From the NCBI RefSeq assembly GCF_004010195.1, contig NC_057726.1:62030459-62094458 (forward strand): a DNA stretch of 64,000 nucleotides, in the 5' to 3' direction. Each line of letters begins with the position of its first letter. Position 1 is the stretch's first letter. The position numbers were made by a program, and so were the translations under genes. This DNA is from Chiloscyllium plagiosum. Taxonomy: Eukaryota. Positions 27,445-41,900 of the stretch are shown one piece after another. Under the pieces are notes generated by a model. The model saw only the letters and a program-made list of their open reading frames with translations. It did no database searches and had not been told where the DNA came from.

Positions 27445-27499
27445 CTGCAGAAATTATCCCGCGGAGAGTCAGGCACAAGAGAACTAGACGCACTGACAT
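27445..27499 (-). CDS. Gene A exon 1, signal peptide MSVRLVLLCLTLRGIISA
   Basis: ATG at 27499, CAG|gtaact, 55 nt, phase 1. Same length and VLLCL core as the gene B leader. Confidence 0.88.
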
Positions 27500-27619
27500 T
27501 CTGAGCAATTGGTTCAGTTGATCTTGCTCTGCAGTTACTTCACACTTGCAATTGTCGCGCGTAAGTTGTGGTCAATATTTGGCGAGATGCTGCGCGATGA
27601 CGATTGGCATCCTATAACT

Positions 27620-27730
27620 GTGGGTTCAGAAGTGAAAGATTTTGTTTATTTAATGAAACACTGGAACTTTTGCAGCAATTTAGCTGCGTGAACCTCATGT
27701 ATTGCACAGCAAGGGGTGAGGAAGTTTTAC
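27620..27730. promoter_or_regulatory. Candidate haematopoietic promoter motifs upstream of gene A
   Basis: GAGGAAGT (PU.1/ETS core) at 27718-27725 and AAGTGAAAG (IRF/PRDM1-like) at 27630-27638 in a locally CpG-richer region. Motif match only. Confidence 0.3.
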
Positions 27731-28479
27731 TTCGTGACGGATTTCCGAGGAGTGGCAATCTGATGCAAATTTCGACGCCGTAACTTTTTTTTAAGGAGGG
27801 AGAGCAATCCACATTTTTAACAGGAGATTCTGATCAGGGATCCTTCAGATTCGTGGAACAATACCTCCATTCAAACAGTTCTTTCACAGCGTAGAACTTT
27901 CTGAAGAAAGCAGGAAGCTCCCCTGTTTCACTGCAGTCACACGCCGCGTTACGAAATTTAACGTTTCAGCAAGCCGTTTGTAAGTACTGTCAATCGGTAT
28001 GTAAATGCGGTAGGTGTGAAGTTAAAACGTAGGAAATCTGGAGTGCTAGGTGGCTAGGTGTTAGGGGGCTATGTAAGTAGAGTGCCAGCTGTGTAGCATG
28101 CCAGTTACAAACAACAGAGTTTGCCAGTGGATAGGGTGTCTGACGACGTGAGGAAGGCGGGCGGGTCGGTTTCCGTCGTTGGAGAAGACGAGCAGAATGT
28201 GTCCAAAGGGGGAAGACAAGGTAGGGATCAGGAGAAGCAGGTCGATGAATCTGAAGGAAAAGGGGCCAGGAGATCAGCTCCTGGGTACTGTGGAGGAAGC
28301 GATTCTACAGCAAGGGATATTTAGTCCAGTTCACGGCAGAGGAAGGGGGATCGAGTTCAGCGACGGGGTAAAGAATGTCCTCTTCCTGCCTCCCAAATTA
28401 CCACTCAGGTTTTGAAGCTGGCTGTCGAATAGCAGCGCAGAATGCGCGATCCTGCCAAGACCTTATCTGTTAGTCCGAT

Positions 28480-29000
28480 TTTTTTTTTACCTTTCAGTTT
28501 TTTTGTTGCCTTATTCTAGCGACTTTCTGTGAAGCCCTCATTCCTTCGGCGCAAAGGAGCCAAGCCGGCTGAGATCGCACGGGACGAGCGAAGCCAACGT
28601 AAAAAATGGGGTCCCCCGGCGACAGCGCGAGGCGGCAGCGAGAACATGCAGACCCCGGTTGAGTTGGGCGTGGACTGGAGATGAGACCCGCCACTGGAGA
28701 TGAGACCCGCCGCTGTCTGGAGGCGACGCCCGGCGCGGTTTGCTCGAAAGACTGGAATGCTTAAGTTTTTGTTTCATTGTTTTTCTAATTTGTCCCGAAT
28801 ATTTTGTTCCTCGGTACAGTACATTGTACGTAAGATGGCGCAAAGGGCTGCAATGCTGAATTCTTTTCTCTCTCTCTCTAATTTATTGCTAAAATCCTCT
28901 AGTTAGGCACCTTTGTACTTCTAAGTCCACCTTGTAAACTTTTCACTGAATTCGTTTGAATACATGCGGCAATAAATCTCATTTTAATTCTAATTCTAAA
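28480..29000. repeat. CpG-rich unclassified interspersed element
   Basis: An abrupt GC/CpG-rich block with an internal direct repeat (actggagatgagacccgcc x2) and an AATAAA plus (attcta)n tail. Confidence 0.4.
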
Positions 29001-30399
29001 GTGCGCTGTTGAGTTGGGGCCCGTGGGTCAATGTGGAAGAAATTTGGGAGCAGAGAAAATGGGATAGAGGGGCACGGGTATCGGCCTACAGTGGGGGTTG
29101 AGTGATGGGGGTGGGTCTGGTGGATGGATCAGTTGAAGGGAAATTGGAATTAGGTCCAGAATTGCAGAACGTCGTCGGCTCCCAGAATGGAGTAGGTGAA
29201 GGATGTTCAGTGGGTGAAAGGAAGTTATGCCTGTGGATGAATGTGTGTTGGGTTCAGAATATATGGTGTACTGGGGGGACGGTACTGAGGGCGAGGGGTG
29301 GGGGAGAGATTACTATGATCTTGAGTTCCAGGATTGTCACGTCAAAGGTTAGGGGATGCAAAGTATCTGGGGACTGTGTAATGGAAGGTATTTACAGTAA
29401 GTATCTGGTCAGATAAATAGTTACTCAGACGTGAGGTTATGTATCTAATTTCACATGAGTGCATTACTTTATTTCACTGAACCTTCTAACTTCTCCACTT
29501 TAAATGGAAAATTGACAGGTTGTCAAGCCCAAATGAGTGCTCACTGAAGTCTTCAATTCCCATACAATTCCTTTGGAGTTTATTGCAAAGTGAATACTTA
29601 ACGGTCCCCTTGAGCAACTCTCCCCTATTCTGGAATAATGACTGCCTCAGCACCAGTAAATCTGGACTATAATGATTGACTATTTAAGCCCTTGAAAGGC
29701 CCAGGAAAGAATTCTGCTGTGTGAAAACAATATGAAATAATGAACCTCAACACACAACATTGACTGAGGCAACAACAGTGATAAACCAAGCCTGTCCATC
29801 CTACAAAGTCTTACCTAATAACATCAATGGGTTTGCATCACAAGAGTTGTCTCATAATCTGGTCAAGCAGAACCTAATGTTGTCATATTCATGAGGTCAT
29901 AACCTTGCAGAAAATATCACAGGGTATCACAGTTACCAACCCAAAAATGTTATGTACCACTGGTAGCAATGCCCTGCCAGTGATAGACAGTTGGGAAAAA
30001 ATTGTTCTGGTTGGCCGCAACATTCTGCATGCATTGCATCTCATAGTAACAAATAAAACAAGAACAAAAAACTGCTGTTCATTTGCATGTGCACCCGACC
30101 TGACCCGCTCAGCAATCACAAACCTCTCAGGTGATGAATCAATGCACCAATATGTTGCCTATGAATTGTATGAAATATAGAGCATGACATGGGACAAAAC
30201 AGAAATTTTTCTTGTAATTTATATTGTTTTTCTAATCATTCTGTTCAGAGGTGCTATTAAATACCTTTGGAGAAAGTTGGACTTGAACCCAGCTCTCTGG
30301 TAACAGAGGTAGGGACACGAATACTGCACCACAAAATGGCCGCTGGGACAGAGCAGATGTCCGTTCGGCTAATATCCATCATCTGTAGTGTATTGCCAA

Positions 30400-31470
30400 C
30401 AAAACCATTGACTGAGCTGAGCAAATACTAAAGACCATTCACGTGGCCGGTGGAATTTAACACTAATATCTGTCAGGTGACGCACTTTGGAAGAAGTAAC
30501 ATGAGAAGGGTGTAATCAATTAACAGCTGGACACTAGGAAGCTCAGAGGAACAAAAAGGTCTTTCTAGTGCTTATCCACAGATTCCTGAATGTGGCAGAA
30601 CTGGTTATTAGCGCGGTTAAGATGGCAAACGGGACATGCGTCTTTATTAGTCATGACGTAGATCATTAGAGGAGGGGGAGCTTTGGAGAAACTGTACAAA
30701 ACTTTGTTTAGGCCACACCCACAATATTGTGTGCAGTTCTGGTCACAGCATAATACAAAGTATGTGAGTGCACTGGAGGAGATGCTCAGGTGATTTGCCA
30801 GGATGCTGCCTTGACAGAACAGTTAAGCGATTAAGAGAGGCTGGATAAGTTCAGAATGGCTTTCTTAGAGCAGAGAAGGCTGAGTGTGGACCTGATTGAG
30901 GTGCATAAGATTCTGCTGGAAAAGCACAGCCAGTCAGGCAGCATCTCAGGAGCAGGAGAGTCGACGTTTCGAGCATAAGCTATTCATCAGGATCTTTTTG
31001 ATGAAGAGCTTATGCTTGAAACACCGAATCTCCTGCTCTTCAGATGCTGCCCGACCGGCTGTGCTTTTCCAGATCTTCACTTGTTGACTCTGTTCTCCAG
31101 CATCTGCAGTCCTCACTTTCTCCTAGTGTATAAGATTACGAGGAGCAGAGACAGGGTCGACAGCAAACAGCTATTTCCTTCTAGTCAAGGATTAATCATC
31201 AGGGAACATTGTTTTAATGTGAAAGGTGGAGGGATTTGAGGAAAACATTTTTCACCCAGAGGGCAGTGAGATTCTGGAACACAAAAAGAGGGAGAGTAGT
31301 TAAAATGGAAAACATTACAACTTCTAAAAAGTACTTGGATGAACACTTGAAATATCAAAACATTCAAAGATATGGGCCTAGTGCTGGAAAATTGAACTCG
31401 TATAATTTCATTTACCTTTTTTGTTGGTATTGACTCAGTGGGCTGAAGGTACTGTATGATTCTATGATGT
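30400..31470 (+). mobile_element. Degenerate CR1 3' fragment interrupted by a Penelope-derived fold-back (30914-31125)
   Basis: RPHPQYCVQFWS-like and RKTFFTQRAVRFWN motifs, with inverted PLE tails inside. Confidence 0.65.
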
Positions 31471-31530
31471 AGCAACAAGACAGTGTTTACTGCAGGTTAT
31501 GAGTGAACCAAAACAGGAAATTAGGCGGAA

Positions 31531-31792
31531 GATTAGATTAGATTAGATTCCCTCTGGTGTGGAAACAGGCCTTTCAGCCCAACACCGTCCCTCCGAAGAG
31601 TAACCCACCCAGACCCATTTCCATCTGACTAATGCACCTAACACTATGGGCAATTTAACACGGCCAATTCACCTGACCTGCACATCTTTGGACTGTGGGA
31701 GGAAACCGGAGCACCCGGCGGAAAACCCCCCTCCCCCCCACCCCCTCCCCACAGACACTGGGAGAATGTGCAAACTCCACACAGACAGTCAG
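31531..31792 (-). mobile_element. HE1-like SINE, 5'-truncated
   Basis: Same core as 10394-10701, with a (aatct)n tail. Confidence 0.8.
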
Positions 31793-32815
31793 TGAGAACT
31801 GCAGATGCTAGAGAATAGTTCGACCGTGTGGTGCTGGAAATGCATCGCAGGACAGGCAGTATCAGAAGAGCAGGAAAATCGACGTTTCAGACAAAATCAG
31901 GAATGAGGCTGTGAGTCAAGGGGGTAGTGAGATAAATGGGCTGCGAATCGGTTTCATGATGAAGAGTTTCAGGGCAGAGGAGATTACTTGGGGTTGCAGT
32001 GAGGGAGAGACTCACTGAAATCCTCGTAGGGAGAGGAGGAGAATTTATTCAAGGTGGAATCCTTGGAAGAGGCTTCACAGTGACGTTAAAATCAACTAGG
32101 AGGAAGTGAGGAATACAGATGCTGGAGATTAGAGTCCAGACTGTGGCACTGGAAAAGCATAGCAGATCAGGCAGCATCCAAGGAGCAGCAGAATCAATGT
32201 TTTGGGCAAAATCCCTTCATCAGCAATGAGGCTGTGAGTCGAGGGGGTGGTGAGATAAATGGAAATCAGGAAACAGGAAAATGGAAAACGACTGTTTGAC
32301 GATGGCACCAGTCCATTTGCCGCAGATGCTTCTGTGTATGGCAGTATTGATAGATAATACAATTAGGAGAAAGTGAGGACTGCAGATGCTGGAGATCAGA
32401 GCTGAAAAATGTGTTGCTGGAAAAGCGCAGCAGGTCAGGCAGCATCCAAGGAGCAGGAGAATCGATGTTTCGGGCATAAGCCCTTCTTCAGGAATGAGGA
32501 AGGTGTGCCAAGCAGGCTAAGATAAAAGGTAGGGAGGAGGGACTTGGGGGAGGGGCGTTAGGAATGCAATAGGTGGAAGGAGGTTAAGGTGAGGGTGATA
32601 GGCCAGAGAGGGTGTGGGGGCGGAGAGGTCGGGATGAAGATCGCAGGTCAAGAAGGCGGTGCTGAGTCCGTGGGTTGGGACTGAGATAAGGTGGGGGGAG
32701 GGGAAATGAGGAAGCTGGAGAAAAGGATGAATACAGATTTCTCCAGCTTCCTCAGGCCTTCCTAAAGAAGGGCTTATGCCCGAAACGTCAATTCTCCTGC
32801 TCCTTTGATGCTGCA
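31793..32815 (-). mobile_element. Cluster of Penelope-like 3' ends / pseudo-LTRs
   Basis: Repeated gtgaggactgcagatgctggaga...ggaaaagc..caggcagcatcc..gttt.gggca.aagcccttc units homologous to 520-815, with an inverted tail at 32755-32815. Confidence 0.7.
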
Positions 32816-34924
32816 ACGCATTTTTAAGCTATGATTACCATCCAATCTAGATTCAGTTTAAATTTTAAAAAGAGGTGCTTCTTTGATCGTTTCATTTTAA
32901 TACAAGATTGTTGGATCGGAGACAGAGCCTTGCTAGGTGGGACAGCAGAAGAATATTGGTTGCACCTTATTGGTGCAGCGCAAGCAGAAATTATGTGTGG
33001 AAAATTCAGAGTTTCACAATGTCAGAGTCTTCACAAAATTGACATTTGTATTTGATTATATAGATAGTACCAACGGAAATGTTTCATACACTGGCAGGCA
33101 ACATGGTCATTCTGTTAAATTATTTTGTCCTCAGTTTCAGTAAAGTACTGTTAGTAGCCACTTGTCTCTTGATGGATGATACTTCCAATGAACTTAATGA
33201 ATTGGGATTTCCAATGATGCCCGGAAAATGTAAGCATTTCCGAATCTTATTTGTCCAACCGATATGTTGCCTCTTGACTTTACATACACCTTTTTCCTTC
33301 TTACTTCCCAAACACACATTATATAGAGGCCTAATGGAAAGTGTAAATCATTTGTCCGGCCTGTGCTAATAGAAAACTTGTATTCTATTGTTAACCTCCA
33401 TCTTACAATTGTAATAATTCAAGGTTTCCTCACCATTTTGCAAGCACTTAAAAGCTTTTGCATCAGTTGCGTCAATTCCGTTGATGAAAACATCAACTTC
33501 TAAAATCTCTCCAGAAAGTTAACTGTGCATTTTTTTATTACGTAACACCGAATCCACACTTTATGTTTACCACGAGTCGTGCTTCTATCTTCATGCCTCA
33601 ATAGATAATTCAATCCAAGTAAAAGCAAATACACAATACTTCTATTTTCCTTCATGTTTCAACACACACATGAAAATGTGACTCAGGAGAATCTGCGTAG
33701 CATTTTATGGCGAACGTCATTAAAGACTTAAGTACTGGCACATTATGGTCAGAAATTATCGAGGTATTGTTGCTGGACTAGTGACCTAGAAACTTAGGTA
33801 GTGGTCTGAGAATTTGGAAGATGCTGGAATTTGAACGTTTAAAGCCTTGGAAATAAAAATCTAACGATGATCAGGAAACAAATTAATTGTTACAATAAAC
33901 CTTTTTTTTGAACTTGCATCTTTAGAGGAATGTAGTATGCTGTTCTTACGTGCTGTGACTAACGTGTGACTGCAGATGACACAGTAATGTGCTGGACTTT
34001 TGACTGCCCTCGTAAAGCCATTCAGGTCTATGAAACGTCTAAAATGTTGAAACTGAGCAAACCACCTGGCATCCATCTAGGCAGTAGGAACAGCAGCAGT
34101 ATTTTCTTAATTGCATTGCTCTGCAAAGTCTTCCATCCTGACATCTTACAAACACCAACTTGATATAATTGCAGACAATGCCACTAAGATCTTTGGACAA
34201 CTCCTCTCCCGTCAGCAGGAAACAGTAATGGTTCTATAATGGTATACAGTCAGGAGGGAGTCGCACTCGGACTCAGCGTTAAAGGTGGATCCCATGACGT
34301 CTCATGACAGCATAACTAAGGAAGCCACCTCGGCACTCACCACCTACCATATCATTCAGGTGATAAATTGGCACTACTCCGAGTCGGACACCATTTGCAG
34401 GAAGGAGTGAACTTCGCTACGGTCCTTTAACATCATCGACAAGATAGCTTGATAGCATCATGAGGGACCCGGCTGGTCGGGCTCCAAAAAGCATAGCTGC
34501 GAGACTGTGCCTGTGGCAGATGATGAGGAAACCACCAAGAGAGAGAAATATGTTTGGCCTCATCTTGACTAATCTGCCTGCCATAGCTGCGTGGGTAAAG
34601 CTCTAATCTTTAATGACTGTTGCTATCTCTCAAAAGAAAAAAAATAAATTACCAGATGACAACGATCTACTTTGCAAAAAAGGGTGTGGGGACAATACAT
34701 AAATGTAATATGTGAGGTTATTTTTACATGTTTTAATCACTCTGTCTGCCCGTATCTGATCTTTCTCCCTCTTTAAGTGCAAAATAAGATCAGCATTTGT
34801 ATTTCCAAGCTCACTTTATTTATTTCTTTATTTATTTTAGGCCTGCAAATTGATTGAAATATAGCAATTTTGCTTTAAAAATTGTCTTTACAGTGTTCGC
34901 TATTCAAAAAAAACCTGCTGATCC

Positions 34925-35300
34925 TGGAGGGTCGAAGGCTTAGCTTTATCAATGTTTATCAGATCATGAGGGACATGGATATATTGAATAGCCAAGGTCT
35001 TTTTCCCAGCGTATGGGAATCCAACACTAGAGGGGATATCCTTGAGGTGAGCGGGAAATTAATTAAATGTGACTGGTACGAGCCAAGGTTTCACCGGGAG
35101 GGGGTGCATATGTGAAAACAACTGCAAGAGGAGGTACAAAATCCAAATTTAAAAGGCATCTGGATGAGTACCTCAATCGGAAGGGGTTGAAGGCATATGG
35201 GCCAAATATTGGCAAATGGGATTGGATCAGTTCATGATATCTAGTCGGCGCGGTAGAATTGGACCGAAGGGTTTCTTTCCATGGTTTCTTTGACTCTATG
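34925..35300 (+). mobile_element. Degenerate CR1 3' end
   Basis: YQIMRDMD..LFP..TRG motif and a CR1-type 3' UTR. Confidence 0.55.
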
Positions 35301-38300
35301 AATATGACTCGTTAACCAAGCTTGCTTCAAACATCAAAGCGTTTATCGCTTTAAACCAATGAGAAGTAAGCCTCTGAACAGTCCAAGGATTTGGCCACTG
35401 AACAAAGCACACACTTTTTAGACGTCTGTTTTTAACCCGCAATTGTATTATTAATTGATTACATACACATCCAAACAGGTTAATTATGTGACGAGAGATT
35501 AGTCCATGGACAGGTTTACATCATCCCATGACCTCAAGGCATCTTCCAAGCACCTTTATGATTTATCCTTTAGCCTTCAGAATGCATCATGTTCAAGCAC
35601 ATTCTATACTTAGGTTTTGCCCACTTGTGCAGCAATCCCCTGTTAACAGAAAGAGTTGTCTTTCTTAGACTGAATATCCACAGGAGAGCAATTGTCTCCT
35701 GTAATGCCTGCAGACTTAAAATTCCATTATGACATACAATACATGGCTACAGTTACCTGGGGATCTCAACGTCATGTGAATGCGTGATGAGTACATGGTC
35801 AGACTGTTCCCATCCATCCCATGATGGATACCAGACTTTATCCAGCCTGGTACGGACGTCGAGACTATACATTTCCTAATTTCATCTATATAAGCAATTG
35901 CAACTATTTCTGTTCTGCAGTGTCATTGTATTTGGTTCACAATACCTTTCGTGCGTTGTCTTAATCTTGTTACCCTGGACGCAGTCCTTTCATGAGTTTT
36001 TAGTTTCATTTGAACATCAGACTATTGCTTCAGATTTTTGAAAATCCCCAGCCGTTTTATGTTAACTGAGAATCATGTTCAGCCATTTGATACTGCTTCA
36101 GCCATGCGTAGTGTGAAAAACATCATAAGGCTCTCTCTCTTATTAAAGACACTGAGAGAGAGAGGCGACTGATGGCGGTTTAAATAGAGGGTCTCCACGT
36201 ATCAGCCAAGAAGAGTGGTTGAGAATGAGACTCTTCCATGGTACCTACAATGATGTGGGAAATTAACGCATCCTGTTGTTAACAAAACCAGCTGTATAGC
36301 TAACTGAGCGAACTAACTCCCCATGGAATGTGACTGAAATACATTTTTTTTTACTTAGAGAGATTATGCCTATTTTTTACAGTAGAATGCTCGATGTTGT
36401 ATGCTAGTAATAACGATTAGTCAGTCAACAGCCATCTTAATATGACTATTGTGATTTACATGTAAACACTTGATTAAAATCCACCTTTAGTAACCTTTCT
36501 GATGTTCAAAGAATTTCAAAAAAAAGCACACTCACCAACCATTATCATTCCCTTAGCTTTCAAAACTGGAATTGTCTTCAAACTCAACACTGAATTGTGT
36601 CCAACAAGATAAATGACCTGCCTCCTCGTTTTACTGCATGTATGTGCAGTCTTATAAGGCTTATACATTGTCTCTGTGGAAAAGAGATGGAGGCTGTGAT
36701 TGCTCATAGTTTCCCTCAAAAGTTCAGTTGGTGACATTTTGTTTACAATGCACTGTGGTGCCAGTAGTACGAATTCAACTCCCACATTAGTTGAGGTTAC
36801 CACGAACGTCCTGTCTTCTCCACTTCACCCATCATGTGGTGAGCCTCAGGTCAAACTCATCTCTCATTGCCTCTTTCTAATGAGAGGGCAACCCTATGGC
36901 TCTCTTCGACTATTGTTGACTTTATCTTATTTATTCCCTCATGATCCAAGTCTTTTCACCTGCCAAAAATGACCTGTCTTATGATTTTTTTATGATTAAT
37001 ATGATTTGTCTATTTTATATCTTACCACTATTTTGCAATTTTTCAACAGTAATGCCTCCAAGTTCAAAAGCCTTCAAAAGTTATGTGCTTTTCCACGATG
37101 TAGTCTCATTACTTTCTTGGTATCTGTGCAAATTGTGGGCACAGTATATCTTATTTCTCTTAAATTGAAACCTTAATTTCTTCATCAAATTGATCCTTCA
37201 ATTCAGATTGCTCAGACTTGCACAAGCAGTTGGGAATCTGGCTTTTTTTCTCCTACTGTTAAAGATATGCTCTATTTGAACCTCCACCCACCTTTCTCCA
37301 TTTATGTCTAAGATCCTAACTAGCAATTATCTTCTCCCTCATATGCAACCTATCACTGGTACCATGGGTAAATTATGACCTTTGAGAAATATAAGGTGAA
37401 TGGGGAATTATTAGGAAAATGAAGTTGAAGCTTAAGATCAACCATAATATTTCTGAATTATAGAGTAGGATCAATTGGCTGCCAGGTATTCTTCTGCTAG
37501 AAGCAGATGTAGTCGTGGATTATTTTTCCCTTGTCTGAATATTAAAACTACTTTAGCTATCTTCCAGACCTTTAGCTGGACCTTTACCAATAACAAATTA
37601 TGAAATACGTGTAACAGTTCCTCTACTATCTCTTTCCTATACTCATTCAATATATGGCACATGCCAGCACTTGCATTAACTATTTACTAATCCTGAGACA
37701 GGAATTGGTGATTATGAGAAAGTAGTTAACATTCACCATGACTTCTGCTGTTGGGTTATTTAACTCAATTTTTTAAATTTGGCTAACGTGATCAGGTGGC
37801 CTGCAGTGGAAATGGCCATGATACTGATAAAGAGCTACAATCTAGAATGCTGGGAATTTTGGTCAAGATAGTTTTAATCTGACCCAGATTAAAATGCAGC
37901 CAGAACATATTGTAGTCTGCTCTGGAAACTGTGACCTTCAGTTTCCTGTGTTGACCAGATAGGGCAGGTTTTGTGATTATTTGATAGACGTACTGGCACC
38001 AAATTACAATGCATGGAATGTGTCTGTCACGACTTGGGGTAAACATTTGGGGTATGTTTACCAGTTAACTCCATTGGTTAGGATCTAACAGGGCTATCAG
38101 GTTTGTTCAATTTATTGACTCAGTGTCAGAGACGTTTCTGGAATTTATCACGTTTAGCAGAACAAAGGACTTCTCAGGAGGAGTCTTCGAGATGACCACT
38201 TGAGAAACACATGCCATGGAGTTATATTTAGGGACGGCAAAGTATCACAAGGCAAAAACTACACCGAGAGCAAATTTGGTCACTTCACTCAAATTGGTCT

Positions 38301-38928
38301 AGTATTTGTATCAAGCCAAACATCTCGATTTAAGGTTAGAGTTAGGGTTAAATGTGCGTTAAGGTAATGTAATGTAAAGCGGACTCAAATGTGAGGAGTT
38401 AAAGTTCAAGTTAAGTTAGACGAAGTTAGAAGTAAATGCTACAGTGCATACATGCTTGATTATGCGTATTAGTACTAAAAGTGTTAAATAAAGAAGGAGT
38501 TGTTTAATTAAGTCCGAGTTGACACCCTGCCCTTTATCTGTGACAAAGAGGAAGAACACTTTGGTAAAATGTTTGTGTACTTCTTTCGGGCAGTGCTAAG
38601 AAGTTAATATTAATACTTGTTACCATAAAATGACTGCATCGTTATTTTTTAAAAAAAAGGTTATGCTGTCCTTAATTACACTTATAATTGGACTCAGGAG
38701 AACATGGCTTTAAATAAATTGCTTCGGATGTGACAGCAGAATGATATACAGTGAGGAGGCATTGATTTTTTTTCATACAATGGCTAACAGAATCTATTTT
38801 AACTGCAGAACACTAAGTCACCAATTTTAAAAAAAAAATGTATTCTGCTGCTAACACAAGGAATAACAAAACTAGCGATAGGCCCATCTGCTTGGATCTG
38901 CATGGACTAACAATGCACATGCAGTGCA

Positions 38929-41900
38929 GTGCAAGTCTCTGGCACAGAGTTTGTCCCTGTTGTACAGAAGGGAAGGAGGAGAGTGTTAGTCATTGGGGAC
39001 TCAATACTTAGAGGGTCAGATCGAAGGTTTGTTGGGAATGAACGAGACTCACGGTTGGTGTGTTGTCTCCCAGGTGTCTTTGGGGTCCTGAAGAGAGAGG
39101 ACGATCAGCCCCAAGTCATGGTCCACGTACGTACCAACGGCATAAGTGGAAAGAGGGATAGGGGAGTAACGCAGGATTTCAGGGAACTAGAGTGGAAGCT
39201 GAGAGATAGAACAAACTGAGTTGTTATCTCTGGTTTGTTACCCGTGCCACGTGATAGCGAGGCAAGGAATGGGAGAAATATCAGCTGAACACATGGCTGC
39301 AACGATGGTGCAGGAGGGAGGGTTTCAGGTCCATGGATAACTGGGATCATTCTGGGGAAGGTGGGATCTCTACAAACAGGACAGTCTTCACTTGAATCAG
39401 AAGGGTACTAATATCCTGGGTGGAAATATGCTGGTGTTATTCGGATTGGTTTAAACTAGCTCAGCAGTGGGGTGGGAATCTCAGGTCCAGTTACAGTGCA
39501 CAGGAGGATGAGAGTAGGGAGGGCATGGATAGGATTTCATGGTCACAGGAATATGCTGGCAGACAGCAAGCTGTTTTGAAGTGTGTCTGCATCAAAGCCA
39601 GAAGTATCCAAAATAAGGTAGGTAAGATTGGTACCTGGAACTTCGATGTTATGACCATTTCGGAGACATGGATAGAACAGGGTCAGAAATAGATGTTACA
39701 GGTTCCAGGGTTTAGATTTTTCATTAAGTGAAGGGGGGGAAAAATGGGAGATGCGACTTTGTTAGTCAAGGGCAGTGTAACGGTGGCTGAAAGAACATTT
39801 GACGAGAATTCGTTCACTGAGGTATATGGGTGGAGGTGAGAAACAGGAGAGAAAAGGGCACAGTGCTGGGAGCTTTTATAGGCCTCCACAGAGTTCCAGT
39901 GACGTGGAGGAAAGGATTAGCAAAATGATTCTGGGTAGGAGTGAAAGGAACAGGGTGGTCAATATGGGGGCTTTAACTTCCCCAACATTGACTGGAAATG
40001 CTATAACTCTAGTAGGTCGGATGGATCAGTTTTTGTCCAATGTGGGCAGGAGGGTTTCCTGGCACAGTATGCCGCAGGGCCGAGAAGAGGGGAGGCTACA
40101 CTGGATCCAGTGCTCGGTAATGAACCAGGCCAGATGTTTGATTTAGTGGTTGGTGAGCAGTTTGGAGAGTGACCATAATAATATTAATTTTAGTTTAGCG
40201 GTGGAAAGGAATGGGTAAATGTCACAGGGCAAGAGTTATAGATGGGGGAAGGGCAATTACAATGCGATTAGGTAAGGGGTAGGATGCACAGATGGGGTAG
40301 CAAAACGCAGTGGATGGGGAGAATCGAAATGTGGAGCTGGATAGGTATGATAGGTCCTTGATAGGTATGTCCCCGTCAGGCAGGTAGGAAGTGATAAGGT
40401 AAGGGAACCGTGGTTTACTACAGAAATTGCATCTCTTGTTAAGCGGAAGAAGGAGGCTTATGTGATAATGAGACGAGATGGTTCTGATGAGGCGGTGGAG
40501 ATTTACAGATTAGCTAAGAAGGATTTAGAAAAGTTAAGAAGAGCAAATAGAGGATATGAGTAATCTTTAGCAGTTAGAATAAAGGAGAACCTTAAAGCTT
40601 TCTTCAGGTACGTGAAGAAGAAAAGGATGACTAGGGTAGGAATAGGGCCAGTCAAAGACAGAAGTATGAAGTTGTGAGTGGACCTTGTGGAGATTGGAGT
40701 GGTGCTTACCGAATATTTCTCATCGGTTTTCACTGAGGAAATGGAGAATGTTGCAGAGGGGAAGAATGAGATATGAGATACTAGACTAGAAAAGATCGAG
40801 ATTTGTAAGGAAGAGGTGTTATCAATTCTAGAAGGAGTGAAAGTAGACTAGTCTCTGGGCCAGATGGGATATATCCGCAGATTATCTGGGAAACTAGAGA
40901 GAAGATGTTGGAGACTTTGGCTTTGATCTTTGAGTCGTCATTGTCTACAAGACTAGAGGATTGCGAATGTTGTGCCCTTGTTCAAAAATGGCAGTAGAGA
41001 TGACCCTGGTAATTATAGACCAGTGAGAATTACATCTGTTGTTGGACAAGTTTTGGAAAGGATTATAAGAGATAGGATTTATGATCATCTAGCAAGCAAC
41101 AATTTGATTGCAGACAGTCAACATGATTTTGTCAATGGCAGGTTATATCTCACAAATCTCATTGAGTTTTTTGAGAAGGTGACCAAGCATGTGGATAAGG
41201 GTAGGGCAGTTTACGTGGTGTACATGGATGTCAGGAAAGCATTTGATAAAGTTCCACATGGTAGACTGTTGGAGAAAATGCAGAGGCATGGAATTGAGGG
41301 TGATTTAGCAGTTTGGATTAGAAACTGGCTTTCTGTAAGAAGGTAGCGGGTGGTGGTTAATCGAAAATATTCTGCCTGGAGTCCGGTTGCTAGTGGTGAG
41401 CCACAAGGATCAGTTTTGGTACCACTGTTGTTTGTCATTTTTACAAATGACTTAGACACAGGCATGGTTGGATGGGTTAGTAAGTTTGCAGATGACAGTA
41501 AAGTAGTGGACAGTTCGGAAGAATGTTGCAGGTTGCAGGGGGACTTGGATAAACTGCAGAATTGGGCTGAAAGTGGGCAGAAAGGTGGCAAATGGAGTTC
41601 AATGTAGCTAATTGTGAGGTGATTCACTTTGGGAAGAGTAACAAAAAGATGGGGTACTGGGCTAATGGTCGGGAAGAGTAACAGGAAAGCAGAATACTGG
41701 GCCAATGGAAAGATTCTTGGTAGTGTGGATGTGCTGAGGCATCTTGGAGTCCATGTACATTGATCCCTGAAAGTTGCCACGCACGTTGATCGTGCTGTTA
41801 AGAAGGCATGCAGTGTGATGGGTTTTATTGATAGAGGTTTCTCACCTCCACCCATATACTCCAGTGAACGAATTCTCGTCAAATGTTCTTTCAGCCACCG

